Below are positions 50,690-60,804 of a DNA stretch of 64,000 bases, in pieces (within the stretch, counting starts at the first letter, position 1; each line of letters opens with the position of its first letter). This DNA comes from Promethearchaeota archaeon (GTDB lineage Archaea > Asgardarchaeota > Lokiarchaeia > Sigyniarchaeales > SOKP01). The notes beneath the pieces were generated by a model, which saw nothing but the letters and a program-made list of their open reading frames with translations, ran no database searches and had not been told where the DNA came from. The stretch is from assembly GCA_048938855.1 (NCBI GenBank), contig JBHLLT010000002.1, positions 160,001-224,000 on the forward strand, given 5' to 3'. The position numbers and the translations under genes were made by a program.

Positions 50690-52678
50690 ATGAATAATTC
50701 AAATCGATTTGTGTTCGATGCTAATTTTTTCATTTGCATGCTACAAGTTAAAGCTCGAAATATTTTAGAATATTTAAAGAAAGTTGGAGAAGAATTAGGT
50801 TATAATTATTATATTTCTCAGACAGTTTTTAATGAAATTAAAGCACCACATACTTACATGGATAAAATGAAGACTTTCATCAATATCGAAAATATATCAA
50901 ATAGTGAAATTGATAAAATAAAAGAGCAACTTGGCAAATTTAAAGTAAGGTTTCCTGCTCAAGATCCTGACCTCACCCTTGTTTGTGTTGGAAATAACTT
51001 ATTAGAAAAAAGTACAATTTTACCAGTTCATCTGGTTACAGATGACTTTAAATTAGCTAAAAATACTAACTTGCTTTATAAAGGTAAAATAGATATATTA
51101 TCGCTTTCAAGTTTTCTATTAAAAGTACAAAAGTCTACCACTAATTCTCAAATGCGACAATATTTTAAAGAAATATGGAAGAGAAGTCTTAATTACACAC
51201 TATCTTATATGATTGAACGCTCTAAAATATATCCTGCTGAACAAAAGATAACTTGGTTGATTGAAAAAGCAATTGCTGTAACAGAGAGTTCAATTTTAAC
51301 TCAAGATATCGAGCTAGAAAATCCTGATACTGGTGTAAAATTTGAGATTGGTGCTTCAAAATATCTAAATGAAATTGCTAATGCTGAGAAATACATCGCA
51401 AATCAAGAACTTCCTCAAAGTGAACAGAAAAATTTACAAGGGGTTCTAAATTTTCTTGAAAATCTGAAAATCTCAAGAGAGTATGTAATCCGAGCTCGTG
51501 AGGCGATAACTAGAAGTGAACCAAAAGAAGCAATAAAGTTATTAAAAATGGGGAATGGATTTTTAGTATCCTTACTTCAAGTCGCATCAGGCCAGTTAAA
51601 CAATCTGAAAGACTATGAGATTGTGGAACAATTGATTTGCTCTGAAATTAGCAAAGTAGAATTTTTAAGAGCATTTTTATTGGTTTCTTTAGGACGCATT
51701 AATGCTGCAATCGATTCACTTGAAAGAGCAGCATTATTCTCTGTTATAATTCAAAATTATAAAACATGTCTAACTCTAAATTATATTAAAGCATTGATTT
51801 ACTTATTTCATGGTCTTTATAAGAATGCTATAAAACAGTATAATTTTACTGAAGAGCTAGCTGATATTTATAATGATGATAAGTTACGACTTAAATGTTT
51901 AATCGGAAAGGCAATAGCAATTTATATTCAAGGTGAAAATAAGGATACAGCTCTAAATATAATGGAAGAGATATCTAAAATGGACCTAGATAAAAATTTC
52001 CTCGATGCAATAATCGTATTTAGTGAACTTGGTGATTATTTCCTAGCATTAGGTCATTCTCAAATTGCTGCAAATCTTTATAATCAAGCATTAGAAATTT
52101 CTATTGATTATAAATTGTCATATAAAAGTGAAATATTAATAGATAAATTAAAAAGAGCTTATATTGCAACTGTTTTAGTTGGTTATTCTGCGGGAGATAT
52201 GGTTGATAAATTAGACATATTGTTAGATAGAGCCTATGAGATAAAAGATAAAGAAAAATATAATGAACAAATTAAGAAAATTGCTAGTTTTAATATACTC
52301 TTTTATACACCTTTTGAATACATCTCAGGTAGGAAAAAGATAATACCCTTTGCTAATCTACCAAAGGAATTGAAAGAAGATTTTTTGGAGGTTGTTTATT
52401 TTGAGAAAAACTCACAAAAAGAAGGTGAGATTCTATTTATCGTCTCCCATTATGAACTTGGCTTACTTGGAATTAAATTGAAAACAACAGAAAATGTTAC
52501 TGGGATCGCAGAAAATTATACACTGAAAATTAAACCAACTGCTAATGTAAAGATATATGAACCTGAAGAAGAGTTAAGAAACGTGTTCCTTATACGAGCT
52601 ATAATAGAAGTTACAAACCAAAATCAAGTTCAAATTAAATATACACTTCCCAGTTTCTTTAAACAACTAAATTTATGA
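50690..52678 (+). CDS. PIN-domain nuclease fused to TPR repeats
   Basis: VFDANF, VFNEI, QDPDL and VTDD acidic tetrad, followed by TPR helices. Confidence 0.75.
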   Translation: MNNSNRFVFDANFFICMLQVKARNILEYLKKVGEELGYNYYISQTVFNEIKAPHTYMDKMKTFINIENISNSEIDKIKEQLGKFKVRFPAQDPDLTLVCVGNNLLEKSTILPVHLVTDDFKLAKNTNLLYKGKIDILSLSSFLLKVQKSTTNSQMRQYFKEIWKRSLNYTLSYMIERSKIYPAEQKITWLIEKAIAVTESSILTQDIELENPDTGVKFEIGASKYLNEIANAEKYIANQELPQSEQKNLQGVLNFLENLKISREYVIRAREAITRSEPKEAIKLLKMGNGFLVSLLQVASGQLNNLKDYEIVEQLICSEISKVEFLRAFLLVSLGRINAAIDSLERAALFSVIIQNYKTCLTLNYIKALIYLFHGLYKNAIKQYNFTEELADIYNDDKLRLKCLIGKAIAIYIQGENKDTALNIMEEISKMDLDKNFLDAIIVFSELGDYFLALGHSQIAANLYNQALEISIDYKLSYKSEILIDKLKRAYIATVLVGYSAGDMVDKLDILLDRAYEIKDKEKYNEQIKKIASFNILFYTPFEYISGRKKIIPFANLPKELKEDFLEVVYFEKNSQKEGEILFIVSHYELGLLGIKLKTTENVTGIAENYTLKIKPTANVKIYEPEEELRNVFLIRAIIEVTNQNQVQIKYTLPSFFKQLNL

Positions 52679-52708
52679 ATAAAAAACGTAATATTGAATG
52701 AAAAGGTA

Positions 52709-52981
52709 TCAATATTTTCTGAGACTCTTATCTCGTTGGCTTATTTGATGGCCATGAATAGCACAGCTTATACAATAATATTTTGTTTTACTTGGAGCTT
52801 GGATAATTGTACCTGCTTTTTTTAATTCAGTATACATTCGACCATCAACAAGAGGAACTCTTCTTGTTACTGCTTTTGCCTTACTCCTAGCGACAAATCT
52901 TCCACATTTACTGCATTGAACCCTTGCATAATGTCCTTTACTAGAACCGCTTCTTCCGCCACTTTTTCTTTTTTTTGGAAT
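52709..52981 (-). CDS. rps26e: 30S ribosomal protein eS26 (ATT start; missed by ORF track)
   Basis: (M)PKKRKSGGRS..VQCSKCGRFV..KYYCISCAIH, 90 aa. Confidence 0.95.
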   Translation of the reverse strand: MPKKRKSGGRSGSSKGHYARVQCSKCGRFVARSKAKAVTRRVPLVDGRMYTELKKAGTIIQAPSKTKYYCISCAIHGHQISQRDKSLRKY

Positions 52982-53135
52982 AAAAATCAGCTACTTTTAG
53001 TTTTTTCTTATGTATCTTTTCTCTATATTCTAATTGAATTATATAAAACTTAAAAAATTTATCCTTTAGCTTGATAAAGTACAAAATTAACATTGAAAAT
53101 AGTTATTTAAAGAGTTAAAAACAAATAAAAATCAC

Positions 53136-53837
53136 TTAACTTTGCTTTCTTAAAATCTTAAAAGTATAACTTAATCGTTGAATAACTGTAAAAATTAAAG
53201 TTAGAGTATAAATTATTATACTAATAAGAAATACTGGGGTAACAGGAACTCTTGTAATAAATGGAACATATATCGTAAAAGGATCACCGAAAATAAGGAA
53301 TGTAATAAAATATATTATTAATTCTATAATTATTGTAAAAAGTAGGAAAAGAATTCGTTCAGCTCGTTCCATAAATCCAATACCTTTCATATTAACACCT
53401 TCATTTTCTGCTCTTGAACGTATGTATGAAATCATGATAACTAAAAATAATACTATATATCCTAATAAAAAATCTAATAAGCGTCCATAAATTAAAGCCA
53501 AGATTAGAATTGCGTCAGAGAGTCTATCTAAATTTGAATCCAAAAATGCCCCCGCTTGTGTCTCTTTATTTGTTCTTCTTGCAACTTCTCCATCAAATAA
53601 ATCAAAAGCACCAGCTAATCCTAAAAGAGCTGGAATTATCCATGAAAACCAAATTGAAAAATATAATCCAAAAAATCCAATCAATATAGAAGCAATTATA
53701 GAGAACGTAAAACCTAAATAAGAAATTTTGTTGGGGGTCACATTATGTTTTATTAGAAATTCTACTGGTAAATTTATATATCTCTTAGAAATTTCCTTCT
53801 GTTTAGACCTTTTATTTGTTTCCTCTTTTTCGTTCAA
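53136..53837 (-). CDS. CDP-alcohol phosphatidyltransferase (archaetidylinositol-phosphate synthase-like)
   Basis: TPN, DLFDGEVAR..GAFLDSNLDR, SYIRSRAE. Confidence 0.9.
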   Translation of the reverse strand: MNEKEETNKRSKQKEISKRYINLPVEFLIKHNVTPNKISYLGFTFSIIASILIGFFGLYFSIWFSWIIPALLGLAGAFDLFDGEVARRTNKETQAGAFLDSNLDRLSDAILILALIYGRLLDFLLGYIVLFLVIMISYIRSRAENEGVNMKGIGFMERAERILFLLFTIIIELIIYFITFLIFGDPFTIYVPFITRVPVTPVFLISIIIYTLTLIFTVIQRLSYTFKILRKQS

Positions 53838-53908
53838 ATCTTAAATGCTTCCCAATTTCTCATTATTTCGATTAATATTTTTAAAATTACTTTATAATAA
53901 AAAATTTA

Positions 53909-54502
53909 TTAAAATCCCAAAATATATAACTTCAATAATCTTATAATCGAAGAAGCTAGATATGATTGATCTCCAAAACTTAATCTAGAAACTTTCAGTT
54001 CTAGTAATTCCTCTGAATTAAGAAATTCATCTTCTTGACTTCCTATGATGAAAACTATCTTTTCTTGTTTTTTAATAATACTAAATTGTGTAAAAAAATC
54101 TTTTCCTTGTTCCTGAAGTATGTATATATTATAGTTTAATTTTTTGAAATGTTTTATAGCGTCTAAAATATCCATACTTGATTTTTCTAACGTGTTTAGT
54201 GGGTTTAAAGGTTGAGCTTTTTTATAGAGAGATTGAATAACCCTAGCAAAATTATCTGTGAAGAGCAATTCGTTTTTTGGGAAAGTTTTATAATTAAAAT
54301 AATCTGAAGAAAAAATAAAGGTGCCATAATGATCTAGAAATACCCAAATTTGAACATTCTTCTCAAAATGATTATTTCTTATTAATGCTGCCAAAATACA
54401 TCGTGATATAACATCCAACCTTCCTGAGGACCCTGGAATATCTTTTATGTTATACTTATCTACTTTTACAGTTTTAGACTTGATAAAGAAGATAATAGTC
54501 AT
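53909..54502 (-). CDS. trmY: tRNA (pseudouridine-54-N1)-methyltransferase, SPOUT
   Basis: DIPGSSGRLDVISRC, PKNE, FIIG, LSFG..SYLAS. Confidence 0.8.
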   Translation of the reverse strand: MTIIFFIKSKTVKVDKYNIKDIPGSSGRLDVISRCILAALIRNNHFEKNVQIWVFLDHYGTFIFSSDYFNYKTFPKNELLFTDNFARVIQSLYKKAQPLNPLNTLEKSSMDILDAIKHFKKLNYNIYILQEQGKDFFTQFSIIKKQEKIVFIIGSQEDEFLNSEELLELKVSRLSFGDQSYLASSIIRLLKLYILGF

Positions 54503-54623
54503 AAAATTAGTATTGTATATAAAATATATATATAGAAAATGGTTTTTTAAATAAATATATTATATTAAGATTTAATAATTATATAATCCATCTATTCATA
54601 ATTGAAGATAATTAGGTTAAAGC

Positions 54624-55559
54624 ATGGATGAAATTGATATTTCTCTTTCATTACTTCTAATGGTTAATTCCAGAATTACCTATAAAGAATTAGCTGAAAC
54701 GTTCAATATGAGTGTGAATTCTATTCATAAAAGAATAAAATCTTTAGTAGATCTTGGAGTAATACAAGGTTTTAAATCAAAATTAGGATTCACAAATTTT
54801 CCTGGGATGACAAATATTATCATTTTTGGTTTTTCAAATATAAAACAAAAAAAACTATTAATAAACAAACTAGGAAATAATGAATTTATTTATAATGTGA
54901 CACAATGTAGTGGTAATGCGGTATATATTAATGCATATTTAAGGAATATTAGTGAATTAGACGCTTTAGTGTCATTTATTCGAAAGACGGGAAATCTTAC
55001 CGATTTAATTATCGGTATTGATAAAAGAATGCCCCCTATTAATGTTGAAGAATTGAATTTTAAACCTCCAACTGATTTAGATTATCTAATTATTAATTCA
55101 TTAAAAGACAATTCTAGAAAATCAATTTCTGATATTGCTATTGAAGTGGGAGCTTCCACTAAAACAATAAGAAGAAGGCTGGATCGCTTAACAGAAAATT
55201 ATCTTATTCAATTTCAAATAGATTGGTATCCTGACAAAACTGGAATAATAAATACCATGATAAATTTAGAATTAGATTCTAATGCAATTATTGATGATAG
55301 AGAATTTGAAAATAGATTAAAACAAAAATTAGGTTCAAATATTCTCTTTACTTGGTCATTTAGTAACCTTCCTAATTTTAAACTCATTTTTATATGGACA
55401 AAATCCATGAAGGAACTTCAAGATTTACAATCTTTACTCTCTTTTGAAAATTATAAAAAATTTGATTTGAATATTTTAATTGGAGGAAAAATGTTTCCAA
55501 CTTGGATAGATACCTTTTTAGAAGATAAAGTTAATGAAATAAAAACTAAATCACTATAA
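54624..55559 (+). CDS. Tandem Lrp/AsnC-type winged-helix regulator
   Basis: Two D.ID..I...L..NSR..HTH units. Confidence 0.85.
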   Translation: MDEIDISLSLLLMVNSRITYKELAETFNMSVNSIHKRIKSLVDLGVIQGFKSKLGFTNFPGMTNIIIFGFSNIKQKKLLINKLGNNEFIYNVTQCSGNAVYINAYLRNISELDALVSFIRKTGNLTDLIIGIDKRMPPINVEELNFKPPTDLDYLIINSLKDNSRKSISDIAIEVGASTKTIRRRLDRLTENYLIQFQIDWYPDKTGIINTMINLELDSNAIIDDREFENRLKQKLGSNILFTWSFSNLPNFKLIFIWTKSMKELQDLQSLLSFENYKKFDLNILIGGKMFPTWIDTFLEDKVNEIKTKSL

Positions 55560-55904
55560 TTGATAGTTTTATTATATAGTTTTTTTCCACCAACTATATT
55601 AATAATGGGAATTCAAATTAAAGAATTGATTTATATATTATTTCTTAATTTTTTGAATAAAATTTAAGATAACTCAATATGGAAAATAAACTTAAAAAAA
55701 CAAGGTTTTTCAAAGTATAATTTATCACCCATGTGGGTTAAAAATGTCCCAATTTTCTTATACTTTTTTCCCTTTTTTGATAGACTTACTTAGCATTAAT
55801 TTTATATACGAATTTAAACAATTCAATATCAAATATTGGACTAAGAATGTTTTATAATATTCTAAAAATTAAAAATGGTAACAACAACATAAATGTGAAG
55901 AATA

Positions 55905-56729
55905 ATGGAAGAAATGAAAAATAGAATTAAACCATATGAAAAACCTGAAAATATACGCTATCCAAATAGTGAAATATCAGTTGAAGTTAAGGATCTTAAG
56001 AAATATTATAGCGGGAAGAAAGGCTATGACGATGTGAAGGCGGTTGATGGAATTTCATTTCAAGTTAAGTCTGGGGAACTCTTTGGTTTTTTAGGACCAA
56101 ATGGCGCAGGAAAAACTACAACTATTCAAATGTTGATTGGATTACTTAAACCAACTGGTGGAACCGCTTTAGTAAATGGTTATGACATTCATGAAGATCT
56201 ACCAAATATTAAAGAACTAATTGGAGTTTGCCCGCAAGAACCTGCAGTTTTTAAACAACTGTCTGGCAAGGAAAATATTGCACTGTTCGGAAATCTTCAT
56301 TTAATGCCCAAAGATGAAATAAAAAAAAGAATGGAATTACTTTTAAAGACTCTTGATCTTGCAAAAGCTAGTAAGAGAATGGCTAAAGGTTATAGTGGTG
56401 GTATGCTTCGCCAATTAAATTTGATTATAGCATTGATTCATGATCCAATGATATTATTTTTAGACGAACCGACTGTTGGTATGGATCCAAGAGTTCGAAG
56501 AAAAACATGGGAATTTATTGGAAGTCTTAAGCAAGTTAATAAAACAATATTCTTAACTACTCATTATATTGAGGAAGCAGAAGCATTATGTGATAGAGTT
56601 GCTATTATTGATTATGGGGTACTATTGGATATTGGTACTCCGAAAGAATTAATGGAAAAATATAAAACAGATAATTTAGAGGGCGTTTTTATGAAAATTA
56701 CAGGTAGAAGAATTATGGAGGGGATGTAA
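55905..56729 (+). CDS. ABC-2 exporter ATP-binding protein (DrrA-like)
   Basis: GPNGAGKT, YSGGM, LDEPT, TTHY. Confidence 0.93.
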   Translation: MEEMKNRIKPYEKPENIRYPNSEISVEVKDLKKYYSGKKGYDDVKAVDGISFQVKSGELFGFLGPNGAGKTTTIQMLIGLLKPTGGTALVNGYDIHEDLPNIKELIGVCPQEPAVFKQLSGKENIALFGNLHLMPKDEIKKRMELLLKTLDLAKASKRMAKGYSGGMLRQLNLIIALIHDPMILFLDEPTVGMDPRVRRKTWEFIGSLKQVNKTIFLTTHYIEEAEALCDRVAIIDYGVLLDIGTPKELMEKYKTDNLEGVFMKITGRRIMEGM

Positions 56730-57470
56730 ATGAAAGCGCAACGACTTTTAGCTTTACTAAAAATGGAATTGAAAAAAACAATTCGAGAACCAGCATATTT
56801 ATTTTTAATGCTTTTATTTCCAGCAGTACTTACATTAGCTTTTGGTTTCGCTTTCAGTGATGCTTCGCTTGGAATTAGTTTTGATGCAATGGCACCGGGA
56901 TTATTTGCATATGCTTGCATTTTTATAATCATGACAGTCGCTCAATCCTTTAGTGATATTAGAGAACAAGGCTTGTTAAGAAGGTTAAATTCAACCCCTA
57001 TGACTTCTGGAGATTTCATGGGAAGCCAAATTATTTCAAATATGATAATAACAATGTTGCAAGTGCTTATAGTTTTCCTTCTAGCATTACCTTTTGGATT
57101 CAGTCCTAACACTAATATAGGAGGAATTTTACTCGCTTTTCTATTAATGGCGATTTTCTCTTTGAGCTCCGTAGGATTAGGTCTTATAACAGCTACAATC
57201 GCAAAAAGCTCCGGAACGGCAACTGGATTATCATTTATATTTATTCTGCCTCAGATGTTTTTTGGCACATTTATACCTCTTACTAACACTACTAGAATCA
57301 TTGCAATGGTACTTCCAAGCTACTATGCGACAGATGCAATTTCTTCAATATATAGTGGAGCTTCTTTGTTAAGTAGCAATATATTAATTGATTTTGCTTT
57401 TATTTCGATAGTAAGCATCTTAATAATATTAGTAGGTATATTTGTATTCAAAAAGTATGGAAATAAATAA
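56730..57470 (+). CDS. ABC-2 exporter permease
   Basis: 6 TM, REQGLLRRL..TP. Confidence 0.9.
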   Translation: MKAQRLLALLKMELKKTIREPAYLFLMLLFPAVLTLAFGFAFSDASLGISFDAMAPGLFAYACIFIIMTVAQSFSDIREQGLLRRLNSTPMTSGDFMGSQIISNMIITMLQVLIVFLLALPFGFSPNTNIGGILLAFLLMAIFSLSSVGLGLITATIAKSSGTATGLSFIFILPQMFFGTFIPLTNTTRIIAMVLPSYYATDAISSIYSGASLLSSNILIDFAFISIVSILIILVGIFVFKKYGNK

Positions 57471-57494
57471 ACACTAACTCTTTTTTTTTATTAA

Positions 57495-58511
57495 TCATTC
57501 TAAATTTAATGAATTAGAATTAGAAATCTTTATTGAAATCCTTCTTTTATATTTAGTGATCAAATAGAATGTAAAAGACATAACACCAATAGTTAAAACA
57601 GTACCAGTAATAGCAGCCCCATAATCATTTGTAATCCAACTTAGTAAAGGTATCCATGGAGAAACTAAATTATCAAGCCATGATTCACCATTATGGTCGA
57701 TTAATACGCGTTCTAATCCATCAGGGTTGTTCGATAAAAATCCTAATGTAAATCCTACGGCAATCATCAATAGTAATGTTCCCGTTACAACAATAACTGA
57801 AGTTATCGGTCTTTTATATTTACTAATATTAAGATTTATCGTTTTGTTTAACATTAATGGCTCAGTTGTAATAAAATTAGGTTTTACTTTATATATATAG
57901 AATATTATCAAACCAGAGATTATTGCTTCTCCAACACCAATTAAAAGATGCCAATAAACCATTGCTGGGATCGCAATTTCAATAGGAACTGCTCCAGCAA
58001 GAGATAATTCAATGCCACACATAAATGCTGCTAATACAATGGCAATATAAGATCCTAATGCGGTACTAATTGAAACTTTAATCTCTTTCTTAAGTGATGT
58101 TTTATTAAGCATTTTTACTATAAATAAAACGATATAAAATCCAATAATTCCTCCAATTATCCCCATATTAAAAGCATTTGCTCCTAAAGCTAAAATTCCC
58201 CCATCTCCGAATAGACTTTGTACTAATAAAACTAAAAAAAGAATCATTACCGAAGCCCATGGACCTAAGATGACAGCAATTAGAGTACCGCCAACTAAAT
58301 GACCTGAGGTTCCTCCTGGAACAGGATAATTCACAAATTGAAAAGCAAATATAACCGCAGCTAAAACTCCTATATATGGAATCAATTTATCGGAATCTTC
58401 TTTTTCAAATCTTTTTCCCATCTTGAAATATCCAAGAATCATAACTATAATAACTACTATCCATAAGCCAATAATAGTAATGGGATCCAATACACCATCT
58501 GGTATATGCAT
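57495..58511 (-). CDS. cbiM: ECF Ni/Co substrate component CbiM/NikM fused to a PDGLE (NikN) domain
   Basis: MHIPDG N-terminus, GTSGHL, GDGG..LGAN, NPDGLE. Confidence 0.92.
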   Translation of the reverse strand: MHIPDGVLDPITIIGLWIVVIIVMILGYFKMGKRFEKEDSDKLIPYIGVLAAVIFAFQFVNYPVPGGTSGHLVGGTLIAVILGPWASVMILFLVLLVQSLFGDGGILALGANAFNMGIIGGIIGFYIVLFIVKMLNKTSLKKEIKVSISTALGSYIAIVLAAFMCGIELSLAGAVPIEIAIPAMVYWHLLIGVGEAIISGLIIFYIYKVKPNFITTEPLMLNKTINLNISKYKRPITSVIVVTGTLLLMIAVGFTLGFLSNNPDGLERVLIDHNGESWLDNLVSPWIPLLSWITNDYGAAITGTVLTIGVMSFTFYLITKYKRRISIKISNSNSLNLE

Positions 58512-58649
58512 TTTTAATACACAAGGGTTAATTTTTTTTATAATGAATAATTAGAATGTTACTAATTTATAGCAGAGTATGAAAAGTAATAAATGTTGCT
58601 ATTTCAAATTTTAGTATGAAAACTATCAAATTTTCGTGGAGATAAGCGT

Positions 58650-59453
58650 TTGAAAACTACTTTACCTTTTAGACATGAGAATGAAAAATTATACTTAGCA
58701 AAAGTACATCCATTAATTCGTTTTATATTACCCTTTATATTGGTGATACCTTTTTTAGTTTTAGAAAATATTTACCTGATAATTACAATTATTCTAATTA
58801 CCTTAATTGTTGATTTACTGCTTAGAATTAATATTCTACAGATATTTTCTAGATTAAAATTAGTTATTCCTTTTGTTTTTATAATTACAATCTTTATACC
58901 TTTTTATTTCGGAGAAACTGTTTTGATTAACCTCAACATTGGAATTAGCATACCAATTTATAAAGAGGGTTTTTTCCTCGCATCCCTTATTTTTTTAAGA
59001 GTTTTTACCTCGATATTTGTATTTATGTCTTTTTTTTCATCATTAACTTATTCTGAATTTATAAATGCTTTAACAAAGTTGAGAATCCCTTCATTTCTAA
59101 TTGGATCTTTGATAATTATGTTACATTACATCCCGATCTTAGCAAGTTCTAATATTAAAATAGTAGAATCCCAAGAAATGAGGGGTAAAAAGATAACCAC
59201 ATATTGGCAAAAACTCAAGACTCACGGTTTCATAATGGGAAAAAGTATCATAATAAATATGGAAAGAAGTGAAAAACTATATGATAGTTTAAAGTTACGC
59301 GGATTTTCAGGCAAGATTACATTTGCTCCAAGAAAAATCAAAATATTAGATATAGTATTAATGATTTTATTTATTCTAATGCAATCTTATTTTATTTTAA
59401 TAATAAATTTACAATCAATTTATGAATGGGTGTTTGGACTATTTATGCTGTAG
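58650..59453 (+). CDS. cbiQ: ECF T component CbiQ/NikQ
   Basis: HP, QEMRG and LKLRGF coupling motifs. Confidence 0.88.
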   Translation: MKTTLPFRHENEKLYLAKVHPLIRFILPFILVIPFLVLENIYLIITIILITLIVDLLLRINILQIFSRLKLVIPFVFIITIFIPFYFGETVLINLNIGISIPIYKEGFFLASLIFLRVFTSIFVFMSFFSSLTYSEFINALTKLRIPSFLIGSLIIMLHYIPILASSNIKIVESQEMRGKKITTYWQKLKTHGFIMGKSIIINMERSEKLYDSLKLRGFSGKITFAPRKIKILDIVLMILFILMQSYFILIINLQSIYEWVFGLFML

Positions 59454-60193
59454 AAGTAGATAATCTGAATTTTAGTTATAATGCTGGATTCGAAATCCAA
59501 GATATATCCTTTAAATTAAAGAAAAATACCATAACTGCCTTAACGGGAAATAATGGATCTGGTAAAACTACTTTATTAAGGTTATTAGTTGGGTTATTAA
59601 AGCCAAAATCAGGTCTTATAAAAATTTTTAGTGAGACTCTTTCAAGAAATAAGCAAAAACTATGGGAGATTAGAAAAGGAATAGGATTTTTATTTCAAAA
59701 TCCTGATAATCAATTATTTGCACCTACAATCGAAGAAGATATAAGTTTTGGTGCAAGGAATTTGAAGTTAGATGAGAATGAAGTCGCATTAAGAGTGAAC
59801 TGGGCCTTAGAAGCGGTAGGGTTATCTCAATTCAGGAGTTATTCACCATTCAATCTTTCTTGGGGTCAAAAAAAAAGAGCGGCCTTAGCTGGTTTGTTAG
59901 TAATGGAACCCAAATTATTAATTTTGGATGAGCCTTTTGCAAATTTAGACTTTAAATCAATATTCAACCATCTTAAAATCCTAGAAAAGTTAAGAAAGGA
60001 AAATGATATAACCATATTCTATACTACCCATAATTTATTTTTTGTAGAACACTGGGCTAATGAACTCATTGTGCTAGATAATGGAAAAATTATATTTGAG
60101 GGAAATCCCAGTAAAGGATTACAAGATTTAAGTGTACGAAACGTACTTGGTTCATATAACGATATTCTTTCATTGATAAACAAGAGTTATTAG
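59426..60193 (+). CDS. cbiO: ECF ATPase CbiO/NikO
   Basis: GNNGSGKT, FQNPDNQLFAPT, LSWGQKKR, LDEP. Confidence 0.92.
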   Translation: MGVWTIYAVEVDNLNFSYNAGFEIQDISFKLKKNTITALTGNNGSGKTTLLRLLVGLLKPKSGLIKIFSETLSRNKQKLWEIRKGIGFLFQNPDNQLFAPTIEEDISFGARNLKLDENEVALRVNWALEAVGLSQFRSYSPFNLSWGQKKRAALAGLLVMEPKLLILDEPFANLDFKSIFNHLKILEKLRKENDITIFYTTHNLFFVEHWANELIVLDNGKIIFEGNPSKGLQDLSVRNVLGSYNDILSLINKSY

Positions 60194-60264
60194 TATATTT
60201 ATACAATAATTTTTCTATTAAATTAATTTTAAATTTATATAATTTATTTTCTAATAAACTTCTG

Positions 60265-60771
60265 GTGATCAATATTCACTTAGTCCTAACTTTTTTTCAT
60301 CAAATTAATGGCCCAAGTGTTTTATTATCTTACCCAGATGAAAAATTAGAAGAAAATCTCATCAACAAGTTAAAGAAATTTTTTGATTTAGATATTGATG
60401 AAACGTTTTTTGAAATAATATTAATAACTAAAAAAAAGAAAATAATTAATTTTAGTTTTGAGATCCCGTCGGAGTGGGCTCGAGGTAAAAAAGAATTTGT
60501 TATGCTCTCTTTAATAATGAAAAGAGAATATAAAAGTGAAGATCTTTACGCGTTCTTGGTCGATTCATGTTATAAAATCATAAATACTAAGAATGTATAT
60601 AAAGCACTCTATAAAAATTCAGATTTCCATTATAATGACATAGAAATTGATCTAAACTTTGAGATAATCAGAAAAATACTATTTAATTGTTTAAATAATT
60701 TGATATTAAGGATTGAAGATAAGATTAAAGGTGTAGATAAAAAAGAACCTTTTCCGTTTTCTAAAAAATAG
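60265..60771 (+). CDS. uDENN/longin-like protein
   Basis: LTFFHQINGPSVLLSYP resembles the uDENN/NPRL longin N-terminus; SEWARG motif. Confidence 0.6.
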   Translation: MINIHLVLTFFHQINGPSVLLSYPDEKLEENLINKLKKFFDLDIDETFFEIILITKKKKIINFSFEIPSEWARGKKEFVMLSLIMKREYKSEDLYAFLVDSCYKIINTKNVYKALYKNSDFHYNDIEIDLNFEIIRKILFNCLNNLILRIEDKIKGVDKKEPFPFSKK

Positions 60772-60773
60772 AA

Positions 60774-60784
60774 ATTTTTATAAT
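60774..60784 (+). promoter_or_regulatory. Putative TATA box for the downstream ncRNA
   Basis: TTTATAAT about 23-30 nt upstream of GGGAC at 60807; weak evidence in an AT-rich genome. Confidence 0.35.
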
Positions 60785-60804
60785 TTCATTATTCTATTTA
60801 TATA

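Noticed and set aside
55727-55738. Palindrome ACCCA-TG-TGGGT upstream of the ABC exporter
   Set aside because: A single short occurrence, far from the start codon; insufficient support.
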